The notes beneath the pieces were generated by a model, which was given only the letters and a program-made list of their open reading frames with translations, was not told the origin of the DNA and searched no databases. A stretch of 47,869 nt of DNA from Scenedesmus sp. PABB004. Taxonomy: Eukaryota. The translations under genes were made by a program, and so were the position numbers. The stretch is from positions 62,001 to 109,869 of the forward strand of contig JABVCE010000047.1 in the NCBI GenBank assembly GCA_014905635.1, read 5' to 3'. Positions 13,101 to 23,672 of this stretch are shown here, piece by piece. Positions within the stretch are counted from its first letter, which is position 1, and the number at the start of each line of letters is the position of its first letter.

Positions 13101-13279
13101 GCCGCGTAGCCGTGCAGCGGCGGCGGCCCACACTCACTGCCGCCGCCGAGTGTGTTGTGCAGCGCAAAGCACTCCTCAACGCAGCCGGCCAGCTCCGCAG
13201 GGACAGTCAGGGACATCGGTCCCGGCAGCGCGCCATCGCCCCCGGCAGCGCGGCGCGCGCTGGAGGGCGCGGATGCCAT
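10129..13279 (-). CDS. Hypothetical protein with an N-terminal helical-bundle-like region and C-terminal ARM/HEAT-like helical repeats (4 exons)
   Basis: Phase-consistent introns at 13137-13080, ~12837-12717 and ~12547-12460 join ORF 13064..13279, 12817..13179, an exon at ~12548-12716 and 10129..12423. ARM-like segments include TVPALAACLAAGSPELASKAAQLAAIL and CVSLLHSPDLGAAAAAAEAL. Confidence 0.6.
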
Positions 13280-13604
13280 CGGCCCCGCCAGCGCCGCGCT
13301 GGGCCGGCCGAATGCCGCGGGAGGCGGGGATGAGTCAGGTCTTATTGAATGCCAGGTGCCTGGCCGCTCGGCGCCGACGGCAAGCCGGTCGCTTCGCCGA
13401 GCAACTGCTCCGATGCGGGTGCCGCAGGCTGCTGCTGCCCAGCGCGTGCGGAGCGAGATGCATGGCTCGCGTTGCCAGTGGCGGTGCGGGAGCTGTGCGC
13501 TAGCTCACCGCGATCGCGGCGACGGGCAGCGGAGAGACAGGGCACATTGACGGCGTCACCAGCGGCACGCGCCGCCGCACGCGCGCGCGCGGGGCGCGCC
13601 CGCC

Positions 13605-15333
13605 TCACTGGTGCAGCGCGCGGTTGAGCTCCGCCAGCTGCTCGACGAGCGCCGGCGGGAGCGCGGCGCCGTACCGCGCGGCGTGCGCCTCTGCGCAGCT
13701 CTGCCACGCCGCCGCCGCGGCGGGCGCGCCGGGGCCGCGAAGGGCGGCTGCCGCGGCGGCCAGCTTCGCGGCGGTGATGCAATGCAGGTCGCTGCCGGGC
13801 GACACCGCCGCCACGGCCGCCAGGCAGCGCGCAAGGCTGGCAGCCTCGGCCTCGGCGTCGCCGAGCGCCGCGTCCGCGTCTGCGCCGGCGGCGAGCGCCG
13901 GCGGCGGCGCGGTCGTCAGGGCGCGCGGCCGCGCGCGTGCAAGCCCGCTGCAGCGGCGTGCTCGGGCCAGCAGCTGCTGCCCCCTCTCCCCGCCAGGTGG
14001 CGGGCACCCACCTGCGATGAGCTCCAGGCAGGGGTACGCGCTGGCCAGCAGCTGGTGCCGCAGCAGCGGCTGCACGCGCCGCTCGCGCAGCCTGGTGGGC
14101 GGATGGCGCACGCGCGGTGGAGGGGGTGTCAGGGCGGTGGTGACCGTGCGCAGCGCGCGCGTGCCACGGCGTGTGCGGCCTGGCCGCGCCGGCGCTCACT
14201 CTTCGGTCAGCAGGCCCAGCATGGCCGCCGCCTGGCGCCGCACGTCGGCCACCGCGCCCCGGCCCGCGTCGCCCGCCTCGACGGCGCGGGCCAGCCGCGG
14301 CGCAAACGCCTGCGACACCTGCGGGCCGGGCGGGCGCGCGGGCGTTGGCGCCGGCCGCCGGCGCCGCGTGGCGCGCACGCCCGCGCTGGCTGCGCGCGCG
14401 GGCGGCCCAGCGCACCCGCGAGACGACGTCCTGCAGCAGCTGCGCCGTGCTGGGCGCGAGGTCCTCCTCCGCGCGGCACCTCGCGCAGGCGCAGCTGAAG
14501 CCAAACCCGGCCGCGAGCGCGGCGCGGCGGTCGTCCAGCGGCCGAATTTGTGGGTTGCCAAGGTACGATATGGTCACCTCCTCGCTGGGCGACATCCGCC
14601 GCGCCGCGCGCACGACCATGCACCGCGCGGCGCCGGGGAGCACCCAGTTGATGGCCGACGGCGCGCAGTCGTGGTTGAACATCGAGAAGGGCCCCCAGAG
14701 GCCCAGCAGCGCCACGGGCGCCCGACCCGCAAGCGCCGCGGCCGCGAGGTCGTCATGTCGGTCGCCGTACGCATTGAACCGGCACACGTCCACCAGGCGC
14801 TGCAGCGCCTCGTCGGTCACCGCGCCGCCCTCGCTCCCAGGCGTGTGCGCCGCCGCGAGCAGGGCCGCGTCGTGCAGGTCCAGCGGCGGCTGCGGCGCGT
14901 CGTCGCTGCCGTCAAAGAGCAGAGCCGCCCACGCCGCCGTGTTTTCACCCCAGTCGCGCGCCAGCGCGACCTGCAGCTGCTCCACTGACAACGGCTCGTG
15001 CGGCGGCCCCGTGACGACGCCGACAGGAGGAGCGAGCAGCAGGAGCTCGCCGGGCTGCAGTGGAGCCGTGGCGATGACGCCGCGCCCACGCCCCTCGAGC
15101 TCCGCCACACGCAGGCCCGGATGGACGTACGAGCTGGCCGCGCCGTCGGGGTCCAGGAGCAGCACTTCGTCCGCCGGGGGCGCCGCAGCAGCACGTGGCA
15201 GCGGCGGCAGCGGGCGGCGGGTCGCGGACGCGCGGCGCGCGGACGCGTTGGACGACCCCGAGCAGCGCGGCGTCCGACCGGCCTGACCGGCGGCCCCGCG
15301 CCGCCTACAGGAGGCGCGGCGCTGGAGCAGCAT
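13605..15333 (-). CDS. SET-domain (SMYD-like) lysine methyltransferase with a possible transit peptide (4 exons)
   Basis: Motifs GRGRGVIATAPLQPGELL, FNAY, FSMFNHDCAPS, EEVTISY and post-SET FGFSCACARC. Three GT-AG introns at ~14416-14319, ~14199-14092 and ~14011-13881. Stop at 13605. Confidence 0.85.
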
Positions 15334-15534
15334 CGCGCCGGCGGGTGCAGCAGCGCCGCTGCCAGCCGCCCGCTGCTGCCGGAGTCCACCGCGCGCGCTG
15401 GTTCGTTTGGCGCGCGGAGGCGCAGGAAATGCGGGAGTGATCGGGAACGTGCATCCACGGCATGTTTCCACTGTGCCGCCAAAAAAGCCCCGACTAACCC
15501 TGCCGCCGAACCCTGCCGCCAAACCCTGCCGCGG

Positions 15535-17501
15535 TCACCGCCACCGCCGCGCTGCCTGCGCGCCCGCAAGCGCTCCCGCGCTGACGCCGCTGCCGCCGGT
15601 GGCGCCAGACCAGGCGCCGCCAGAACCGACGGCGCCCGACCAGGCGGCGCGAGACCAGGCTGCGCGGGCCGAGCGCGCGAGCGAGCGCGCGCTGCCGGCG
15701 AGCCACGCGCCCGCGCTGCGCGCGGACAGCACCGCCGCCGACAGCGCCGTCGCCGGCGCCGCCGGCGCCGTGCGCGGCCGCAGCGGCGGCGGCGGCGCGT
15801 AGCGCGCGACGCTGTGGTGCGTCACCGTGGCCTGCAGGCTGGCCGCGAGAGCGATCTCGCGGCCCGCCTCCGCCGCGGCGCGCTCCCCGAGCACGCTCAA
15901 TCCCGCCAGCAGCGCCTCAAGCTGCTGCACCAGCACCGCGGGCGGGCCCCGCGCCTGCCCGCCCGCGCCGCCGCCCATGGCGGCCAGCAGCGCCCGGAGC
16001 GACGCGCTGCGCGGCACGTGGCGCCGCTGCGGGGCGCGGCCGCCGCGCGGCGGCGGCGGCAGCGCGTCGCCGCCCGCGGCGCCGCCCGCGGCGCCGCCCG
16101 CGCCCAGCCGTGGGCGCGCCGGCCGCGCGGCGGCGCCGTCGGCGCCCGCGAGCGGCCCGCCCGCCGGCGGCGCGCTGCCGGCGGCGGAGAACGAGTCCAT
16201 GGCGTCAAAGCAGCACCCCGCCGGCGGCGCGGGCGGCGTGCCCGCGGCGCCCGCGGCAGCCCCGCCCAGCGCCGCGCCGAGGCGGCCCAGGTCGCCGACG
16301 TCCTGCAGGCTGCACGTCACGACGCCGCCGCCGTCGCAGCCGTCGGCGCCGCCCCACGCCGCAAAGGCGGACGCAAACGTGGGCGGCGGCGCGGCGTGGC
16401 CGAGCTCCTGCAGGCCCCACAGCGCGTCGCTGAAGCCCGGCAGCTCCGGCGCGTCGGGTGGCTCCTCCCCCGGGTGGCCCTGGGCGCCCGCCTCGCCGGG
16501 ATGGCCCACATCCCCCGCACCCTCGCACGCCGCCGCGACCATGGCCGCCAGCTGCGCGGCGCTCAGCGCCACCGCGTCGGAGCAGCTGCGGCTGCCCAGC
16601 AGCAGCGGCACCTCGAGCGACGGCTCGCTCCCGAGCAGCGTCTGCTCCTGGCCGTCGTCGCCGCCGCCGTCGCCGCCGTCGCCGCCGCCGGCTGCGCCGC
16701 CAGCGAGTGCTGGCAGCAGGCCAGAGCTTGAGGGCCAGCTCTCGGCGACGGGCCTCTGCGCCGCGCCCGGCCCAGGCGCCGGGCCAGCCTCAACGCGGTG
16801 GGACCAGCCGCCCTGGCCAGCCAGCGCCGCGTCCAGCACCTCCGTCCGGGCACTAACGCTGCCGACTGGCGCGGCGCTCGGCGCAGCCGCGACGCCCCCC
16901 TCCGGAGGCGGGGGCGGCGGCGCGCTTGGCGGCCTGCGCTGCTGCAGCGACGCCGCGCGGCGGAGCGACGGTGGCCGCGGCGGCAGCGCCGCCGATGCCT
17001 GCCGCAGCTCCCCCGGCCACAGCTGCTCCGCCGGCTGCTGCTCCAGCGGCTGCGGCACCTGCTCCTGGCCCTGCTGCAGCTGCTGCTGCAGCTGCTGCAG
17101 CTGCTGCTGCCCCTGCTGCTGCCCCTGCTGCCCCTGCTGCCGCCCGAAGCGGCCCTTGTGCAGCGGCGAGGCCTCCTCGACCTGCACGACCAGCCGCGGT
17201 GCCGCCTGCGCCGCTGCCTGCGCCGCCGTCTGCGCCGCCGCCTGCTGCTGCGCCGCGGTGGCGCGCAGGAAGTCGTCGGCGTCGTGCCGCGCCGCGCCGC
17301 GCAGCAGCTCGGCGACCGAGTCGGGGCTGTGCCGCGCGCTCGCGAGCTGGCGCGACAGCAGGGAGACCTGGCGCGCGGACGCCGACGTCGCATGCTGGTG
17401 CTGCTCGCCGCCGGGGAGCTGATGAGCTCGGGGAAGGGCTGCGGCGCCGGCGCCAGCAGCGGCGGCGCGTGCGGCGCCGGCGGCGCGGCCGCACGCCCCA
17501 T
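15535..17501 (-). CDS. Hypothetical low-complexity poly-Q protein; 5' end uncertain
   Basis: Long coding-like frame 15535-~17440. A short intron after ATGGGGC (ATG at 17501) would supply an in-frame start. No domain recognised. Confidence 0.45.
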
Positions 17502-18091
17502 GTGCGGCGGCGCGATGAGCCTCGCCGAGCTCAGCGCGCCGCCATCACCGCTGCCGGCCGCCGCCGTGCGTGCGGCGCGGCGGGGCGCAGCCACCGGCGG
17601 CGCTGCTGCCGCCGGCACGCGACCGCGACCTTCGCCGCTCCGCCGCTAGGCCCGGTGGTGCTCCCGCCACGCGCGTCGACGGTGGGCGGACGGCCGCGGG
17701 CGCGGGCCTCGCGAGGCGTGCGCCGCAACGTGGCCCGCGGCCACCTGGGCTCCCCGCGCCACGCCGCTGCGGTGGAGGCGCTCGTTGGCAGGCGCGACGG
17801 GCGACGCGCGAGCGGGGGAGGCCGCCGCTGCTGGCCGGCGCAGCCGCCGCCGCTGCTGCTGGCGCGGCGCAGTCGCTGTGCGCGCCTGCTGGCCGCGTGC
17901 TTGTGCTCTGACGAGGCGGCCGGTCTGAGGGTGAGCTGCAGCGGCGGCGCGCTTGCGCCGCAGCGGTTCTGCCGCGCCCGCCGGCGCGCGGCGCGTTCCC
18001 GCACGCGCGACACGCGTTGCGTTGTTCCCGCGCGCCGCGAGCTGTCTCAGCGCCTCTCAGCGCGCTCGCCGCACGTCGCGCGCGCCGCGCG

Positions 18092-19318
18092 TCACTTGTA
18101 CACGCCCGCGAGCGCCCAGCGCGCGGCAAAGCCGAGCGCGCAGCAGCCCGCCTGCATGGCGAGGATGCGCGCGCAGAGCGCGTTCTCGCCACACGGCCCG
18201 AGCGCCTGCAGCGTGAGGTTGACGAGGTTCCAGTCGGGGGTCGGCTTGGGGCGCAGCAGGCCGGTCGCGGGGTCAAACACGGGCAGGCGGTGCCGCGGGC
18301 AGGGCACGAGGCCGAAGAGCTGCGGCACGCTGTACACAAAGTTGGCGACCTGGGGGATGAGGAAGAGCAGCAGCGTCTCGCTCGTGTGCCCCAGGATGCT
18401 CGCGACCGCGATGGTCATGCCCGCAAAGTACGTGAACGTGTCGCCCACAAACACGGCGCTCGGGTACCAGTTGAAGAGCAGCAGCGCGAGGCTCGTCGCC
18501 GCGAGCGGCGCGGTGAGGTAGACGCTGAACAGGTGCCCGTCCGCGACGGCGCCGCGCGCCGCGCCGGCGAGCTGGCCCAGGCTGTGCGCGAGCATCGCGC
18601 ACGCGACGACAAACGTCTGCCCCGCCTCGAGGCCGTTGACGCCGGCGAGGATGTTGATCGAGTTGGTCGCAAAGATGGTCAGCGCGACCATGTAGGCCTT
18701 GTACGCGAGCCCGAGCTCCAGGAAGCCCGGCAGCCCGAGCGCCGCCTGCAGCGGCTTGGGCACCGCGACGCCCGTGCCGCCGCTGTAGGCCACCAGCAGC
18801 GGCAGGCTGGCGAAGAGCGGCAGCACGAGCTTGACGCGCCAGGGGATGTCGAGCACGTCGTCGGCAAAGCCGAGGAAGACCATGAAGCCGATCGTCGCCA
18901 GCGCGGCGTTGTAGTCCACCAGCCAGGCGTCGGCCAGCGTCTCCAGGTGCAGCGGCTCCCGGAAGCCACTGCTGACCCAGCCCACGAGGCTGTTGACGTC
19001 GTAGTAGTGCAGCAGCTCAAAGCAGATGATGCAGAGCAGGAACACCGCCGCCGGCGCGAGGCCCACGGCCTCCGGGATGGGCGTCTCGCCGGCGGGCGTG
19101 CCGCGCTTGTTGAGGTCCTTGCCGCAGATGCCGCGCGCCAGCGTCTTGCGCGCCAGGACGGGGATGAGCCATCGCGTCGCCGCAAAGCCGGCGCAGGAGA
19201 CCACCACGCTGACCAGGATGCTGCGGAAGGTCTTCTGGTCGTCGATCTGGAACAGAAAATAGGCCGGCGCCGCCAGGCCCGCCAGGGCCAGCAGCAGCAG
19301 CTGGCCCTCACGTTGCAT
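18092..19318 (-). CDS. ALG7: UDP-GlcNAc:dolichyl-phosphate GlcNAc-1-phosphate transferase (GPT/DPAGT1), intronless
   Basis: 408-aa multi-TM ORF with CGKDLNK, IPEAVG, LGFADDVLDIPWRVKL, TNSINILAGVNGLEAGQ, FNWYPSAVFVGDTFTYFAG and PCPRHRLP. Confidence 0.97.
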   Translation of the reverse strand: MQREGQLLLLALAGLAAPAYFLFQIDDQKTFRSILVSVVVSCAGFAATRWLIPVLARKTLARGICGKDLNKRGTPAGETPIPEAVGLAPAAVFLLCIICFELLHYYDVNSLVGWVSSGFREPLHLETLADAWLVDYNAALATIGFMVFLGFADDVLDIPWRVKLVLPLFASLPLLVAYSGGTGVAVPKPLQAALGLPGFLELGLAYKAYMVALTIFATNSINILAGVNGLEAGQTFVVACAMLAHSLGQLAGAARGAVADGHLFSVYLTAPLAATSLALLLFNWYPSAVFVGDTFTYFAGMTIAVASILGHTSETLLLFLIPQVANFVYSVPQLFGLVPCPRHRLPVFDPATGLLRPKPTPDWNLVNLTLQALGPCGENALCARILAMQAGCCALGFAARWALAGVYK

Positions 19319-19463
19319 CGCGCCGCGCGGCGATCAGGCGGCGGCGGGGGCGGGCATGGCGGGCAGGGCCGGCTGGGGGGGCCGGGCTGGCGGGGGGCGC
19401 GGCGGCGCGCGCTGTGGCGGCCGCCGGCGCGCGCGGCAAGAAGCGCGAGAGTTCTGCGGGCGC

Positions 19464-19901
19464 CGCCCCGACGCGCGTCGCGACAACCCGCCCGCCTGCC
19501 GCGCGCGCGCGGCACCCAATCGCTCCGATCGCTGTGCCCTCTGGGTGTGCTCTTGTGCCTGCCCTCCTCACGCCCGGGGTGCTGCGTGCGCGAGCGGCGG
19601 TGCTGCCGCGCGCCACGCCACGCCAACCGCCGCCAACCGCTGCGGGGCGCGAGCGCGCAAAGCCTCTGCCAACTGCATTTCTCAGGCAGACTGCATGCCT
19701 CGCAAAGCGGCACACAACTTCCTGCACGCACGCGAGCAATGGACCAGCCCGCTCACACACGTTCAGCCCGCCAGGCACCAGCCGGCGCCGGCGCGCCCTT
19801 GCGCTCGCGCGCGGCGCTCAGACCAGCCCCTCCGCCAGCTCCAGCAGCTGCGCGGACGTCGCGCCGCGCGCGCGAGCGGCCGCCAGTGACGCCACCACGC
19901 C
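19464..19901. repeat. Direct repeat copy A (~440 bp)
   Basis: Aligns almost base for base with 21680-22117 (offset ~2,216 bp) with a few substitutions and indels. Confidence 0.95.
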
Positions 19902-21506
19902 CGGCCTGCCCCAGGCCTCCTCCACCATCGCCGCCTCCTGCTCGGCCGCCTCCTGCTCCTGGCTGTCGTCGCCGTACCCGAGCTGCTCAACGCCGCCCCC
20001 GCCGCCCACGCGCAGCGAGGTGAGCGAGGAGAGCTCGGCGAGGCGCAGCAGCTCCCAGCCCAGCGAGCAGGCTGGCATCACGAGCTCGCACAGCCACGTC
20101 AGCCGCAGCACGGCGCCGAGGCCCTGCACTGTCGCGGTCGCCTCGAGGGAGGTCAGGCCCGCCGGCAGCACCTCGCCGCCCTCAAGCAGCGGCCGGCCCT
20201 GGCGAACGGGGCGGCAGGCTGGGTGGGGCGCGTGCGCCTGCGCGGGCCGCGCGCCGCCTGCGGCCCAGGCACAGCGCGCGCCCGGCGGCGCGCCGCCTGC
20301 GCGGCGCAGAGTGCGCGCCTGGGGCACGAAGTGCTGCGCGACGTCGGCCTCGTCGCCGTAGCCCTCGTCCTCGGGCGGCGGGTCGGCGCGCAGCGCCAGC
20401 CGGCGCAGCCGGGTGAGGTGCTGCAGGTTGAGCGCGCCCTCCGGGTGCGTCGTGAAGCCCAGCGTCAGCGACTCGAGGCTCGCCGGAAGCCGCGCCAGGG
20501 CGCTCGCCAGCTTGCGCGGCGTGCCGCCGCCGACGCGGGGCAGGCACAACGCCGTCAGCCCGCTCAGCGCGCGCAGGCCGCCGCAGAGGCCGTGCAGCGG
20601 CAGCGGGGGGAACGAAGGGGCCTGCGTGGGCACCGCGCTCACGTCGAGGGACGCGAGGTGCGGCAGCGCGGCCAGCGCGGCCGCGAGCGCGGCGGGGTCG
20701 TGCGTGGTCTCGTCCTCGTCATATACGGTCAGCGACAGGGCCGTGAGCAGCGCGCCCGCGACCGCGGACAGCACCGCCGGGCTGGCCGGCGACAGCGCGA
20801 GCTCGCGCAGCGCCAGGCCGCCTGCGCGCGCGCGCCGCACACGGGCGGCGGCCGTGAGCAGCAGCGCGTGCGTCTCTGCGGTCGGCCGCTCGCGCGACGA
20901 CCGGTCGTCCGCGCCGCGCGCGGCGCGGGCTGTCTGCTGGGCGGCGGCCTCACCCTTGGCGGCGACGGCGCGCAGCGCCGCCACCACTGCCGCCTGCTGC
21001 TCGATGTCGGGCGCGCGCCCCGCGTAGGGCGAGCTGTGGTCGTTCTCCCACCCGCAGCCGCCGCACATCCCGCAGCAGCCGCAGCAGGCGCGGTAGGCGG
21101 GCGCGGGGCGGGACAGGAAGTCGTCCGTGATGGGCGCGGCCACGCGCGGCAGCTGGAGGTCGAGCGCGCCCAGCAGCGCGCCGTGCCGCGCCAGCCAGGG
21201 GGCAATGTGGCCGACGTTGACGGCGTCGGCGTCGGTGTCATAGAGCCATTTCCCGCGGGCGGCGAGCGCGCGCGCTTCGGAGGGCGGCGGCAGCACGCCG
21301 CGCACGCGCCCGCGTCGCGCGGCGTGCGTGGCGCGGCTCAGCGCGTGCGAGACGCACAGCAGCCGGCACACCAGCGCCTGCTCGGCCGTCGGCTGCTCAG
21401 CGAGCAGCAGCGACAGCACGAGCTCCTCGCGAGGCGTCGCTGCCGCGAGCGGGCCCGCGGCCGCTGCCGGCGGGTCCCCCGAGGTGGCGCGCTCGGGCTC
21501 GGCCAT
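19818..21506 (-). CDS. Leucine-rich-repeat-like protein (algal LxxLxL type)
   Basis: ATG at 21506 (MAEPERAT). Repeats include LRELAL, LTALSL, LPHLASLDV, LSGLTALCL, LPASLESLTL, LTRLRRLAL and LSSLTSLRV. One in-frame GC-AG intron at 20318-20199. TGA at 19818. Confidence 0.7.
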   Translation of the reverse strand: MAEPERATSGDPPAAAAGPLAAATPREELVLSLLLAEQPTAEQALVCRLLCVSHALSRATHAARRGRVRGVLPPPSEARALAARGKWLYDTDADAVNVGHIAPWLARHGALLGALDLQLPRVAAPITDDFLSRPAPAYRACCGCCGMCGGCGWENDHSSPYAGRAPDIEQQAAVVAALRAVAAKGEAAAQQTARAARGADDRSSRERPTAETHALLLTAAARVRRARAGGLALRELALSPASPAVLSAVAGALLTALSLTVYDEDETTHDPAALAAALAALPHLASLDVSAVPTQAPSFPPLPLHGLCGGLRALSGLTALCLPRVGGGTPRKLASALARLPASLESLTLGFTTHPEGALNLQHLTRLRRLALRADPPPEDEGYGDEADVAQHFVPQARTLRRAGGAPPGARCAWAAGGARPAQAHAPHPACRPVRQGRPLLEGGEVLPAGLTSLEATATVQGLGAVLRLTWLCELVMPACSLGWELLRLAELSSLTSLRVGGGGGVEQLGYGDDSQEQEAAEQEAAMVEEAWGRPGVVASLAAARARGATSAQLLELAEGLV

Positions 21507-21679
21507 TGCGGAGCGGCTGGCGGTGCTGTCCCGCGCAGGGACGGCGAGCGGCGCGTGGCGGGCAGCGGCGGCCTGAACGCGGCCAGGAGGCCGCAGCAGG
21601 CCCGCACGCGGCGGTTTTGGCAAGAGGCGGATCGCAGGCGGCGATCGGAGGGCACACGGACGCAGCAGCAGCAAGGGGG

Positions 21680-22117
21680 CGCCCCGACGCGTCGCGACGA
21701 CGCCCGCCCGCCTGCCGCGCGCGCGCGCCCGATCGCTCCGATCGCTGTGCCCTCTGGGTGTGCTCTTGTGCCTGCCCTCCTGACGCCCGGGGTGCTGCGT
21801 GCGCGAGCGGCGGTGCTGCTGCGCGCCGCGCCACGCCAACCGCCGCCAACCGCTGCGCGCGGGGCGCGAGCGCGCAAAGCCTCTGCCAACTGCATTTCTC
21901 AGGCAGACTGCATGCCTCGCAAAGCGGCACACAACTTCCTGCACGCACGCGAGCAATGGACCAGCCCGCTCACACACGTTCAGCCCGCCAGGCACCAGCC
22001 GGCCGGGCGCGCCCTTGCGCTCGCGCGCGGCGCTCAGACCAGCCCCTCCGCCAGCTCCAGCAGCTGCGCGGACGTCGCGCCGCGCGCGCGGGCGGCCGCC
22101 AGCGACGCCACCACGCC
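21680..22117. repeat. Direct repeat copy B (~440 bp)
   Basis: See copy A. Contains the same GVVASLAAARARGATSAQLLELAEGLV* tail. Confidence 0.95.
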
Positions 22118-22281
22118 GCACGCAACCGAGGCTGGAGAGGTGCCTGCGGGCGGCGGCGCGCGGGCGCGCGGGCGGCGGCGCGCGGGCGGCGGCGCGCGGG
22201 CGTCAGCTCGGGCGCCGCCGCTCGCGGGCTGGACCGCAGCGCGCACGCGTCAACGGCAACCGCAGTTCCAGCCCCGCGCGA

Positions 22282-22358
22282 GGCCTCGGCCCCTTAGATG
22301 TACCATCACAGAGATCAGGTTGTGTATTAGGTCTGTCTATTGGTTTTCGTCAGTGGCC
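22282..22358 (-). ncRNA. Box C/D snoRNA guiding 18S GCCC[Um]UAGAUGU (plant snoR19-like)
   Basis: C box UGACGA, D' CUGA, C' UGAUGG, D CCGA, terminal GGCC stem. Guide ACAUCUAAGGG is complementary to conserved 18S CCCUUAGAUGU and D+5 falls on U. A second element, ACAGACCU, matches the adjacent AGGUCUGU. Confidence 0.8.
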
Positions 22359-22429
22359 GGCGGGGCTGGCCGCGGCTGCACGCACGCACACGCACGCACA
22401 CGCACGCAGCCACGCAGCCACGCACGCAC

Positions 22430-22521
22430 GGCTCTCGGGAAGAGAGTTAAAGTGTGTCCACACCCCGGCAGGCGACACGCCTGCCGGTCGGTCCACTATT
22501 TGATTGCCTCGTCACCGAGCC
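22430..22521 (-). ncRNA. Box C/D snoRNA guiding LSU AAG[Am]GAGUUAAA (U26/U81 region)
   Basis: C box UGACGA (22509-22514), D box CCGA (22435-22438), GGCUC/GAGCC stem and an internal hairpin. Guide UUUAACUCUCUU is complementary to the LSU 5' domain sequence AAGAGAGUUAAA. Confidence 0.75.
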
Positions 22522-22763
22522 CACACCAGCGTCGTTGCCGCAGCGCGCGCAAGTCACGCGCGCACGCGCACGCGCAGCGCCGGGTGGCCCACCTGGTGCT
22601 CGCTCGCTCGCTCGCTGTCGGCCCTCTGCAGGTGCGCCTGCAGCAGGGCAGCGGCGGCGCGGAAGGGCGGCGTGAGGGCGGCGGCGCGCGTGAGGGCGTG
22701 AGGGCGCGTGAGGGCGGCGCGCGGGGTTGCGCAGGTGCGGGTGTGTGGGTGTGTGGGTGCGGG

Positions 22764-22930
22764 TGGTGTCGCGGGCGTAATTCGTCGGTGCTCATCGCGC
22801 GCGAGCGCTCGCACTCACGACTCAAACGACCGCATGTTGGTGTGTGCCCTATGGGGACCCCGGCCCTACGGCGCGTGCAAGCGATGCCGTGCCGCACGCG
22901 CTAACGAGCTGGGGGAAGATTGGGCAGTTG
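22764..22930 (-). ncRNA. Two-hairpin box H/ACA snoRNA; 3' pocket snR36-like (18S UAAUU[psi]GACUCAA)
   Basis: H box ACACCA and terminal ACA at 22767-22769. The 3' pocket UUGAGU/AAUUA sits ~14 nt from ACA. The 5' pocket AAUC/UCCCCAU fits 18S AUGGGGA[psi]AGAUU. Confidence 0.7.
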
Positions 22931-23022
22931 GGTGTGCGACGACGACGGTGGTGTAGGCGAGCAGGCAGGCGCGGCGGCAGCAGCAGCAGCAACGGGCGCG
23001 CGCGCGCGACAGCAGAGCAGGA

Positions 23023-23090
23023 GGCCTCAGCAGCCATTGTATCATCACGCGTCAGCCGGTAATTCCATATTTGCAAGAGCATCACCGGCC
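23023..23090 (-). ncRNA. Box C/D snoRNA, snR77-like (18S CGG[Um]AAUUCC, yeast Um578)
   Basis: C box UGAUGC, D' CUGA, C' UGAUGA, D CUGA, GGCC stem. Guide UGGAAUUACCG, with D'+5 on the expected U. Confidence 0.88.
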
Positions 23091-23167
23091 CGCCTGCTGC
23101 TCGCGCACGCCAGCGACAGCGACAGCAGCAACACGGCACACGCACACAGCACGCGCGCGCCCGGGGA

Positions 23168-23235
23168 GGCTCAGGACTTCTTAGAGGTAAGATCATCAGG
23201 AGTCTGTGGATTGACAGATAAGTGTCATCGTCGCC
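23168..23235 (-). ncRNA. Double-guide box C/D snoRNA: U61-like (18S ACU[Um]CUUAGAGG) plus snoR14/SNORD110-like (18S GGA[Um]UGACAGAU)
   Basis: C box CGAUGA, D' CAGA, C' UGAUGA, D CUGA. Guides CCUCUAAGAAGU and AUCUGUCAAUCC are both complementary to conserved 18S sequence and both obey the +5 rule. Confidence 0.9.
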
Positions 23236-23310
23236 AGGGCGCGCGCGCACCGGAGCTGCACACGCACACGCACGCGCGCGCGCGCGCGGCCACGCCCCGC
23301 GGGGCACCGC

Positions 23311-23396
23311 GCGGAGCTCTCAGAGACCCATTCATGCATCACTAGGATCAGTCGGCACTTCCTAACGTTGGGATGGGTTCAGCACCGAGCTCCGCG
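23311..23396 (-). ncRNA. Box C/D snoRNA, U49-like (LSU UCGG[Cm]UCUUCCUA)
   Basis: 9-bp terminal stem GCGGAGCUC/GAGCUCCGC, C box UGCUGA, D' CUGA, C' UGAUGC, D CUGA. Guide UAGGAAGUGCCGA has one U:U mismatch and D'+5 falls on C. Confidence 0.82.
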
Positions 23397-23672
23397 CCCA
23401 CGCACGCGCACGCACCGAGACACACGCACGCGCGCACGCGCTGGCACCAGCGCGCGCAGCCAGAAACACAAAGTGTGCGCGGCCGCTGGCCGGGTCGCGC
23501 GCGGGCGCACCTGCGGGCGCGGCGTGTGCTCGGGGTCGCGTGGCGCACGCCGGCGGGGGCTGGGCCTGGGCGCAGGCGTGGGCGTCGGCGGGCGGCGGGC
23601 TCGGTGTGCGGCGCGGCGCGCGCGGCGCGGGGGCGTGGGGCTGGCGCGGGGCTGGCGCGGGGCTGGCGCGGG

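Noticed and set aside
19464..22117. LTR retrotransposon interpretation of the direct repeats
   Set aside because: No TG...CA termini, primer-binding site or gag/pol. The repeat overlaps a host coding 3' end.
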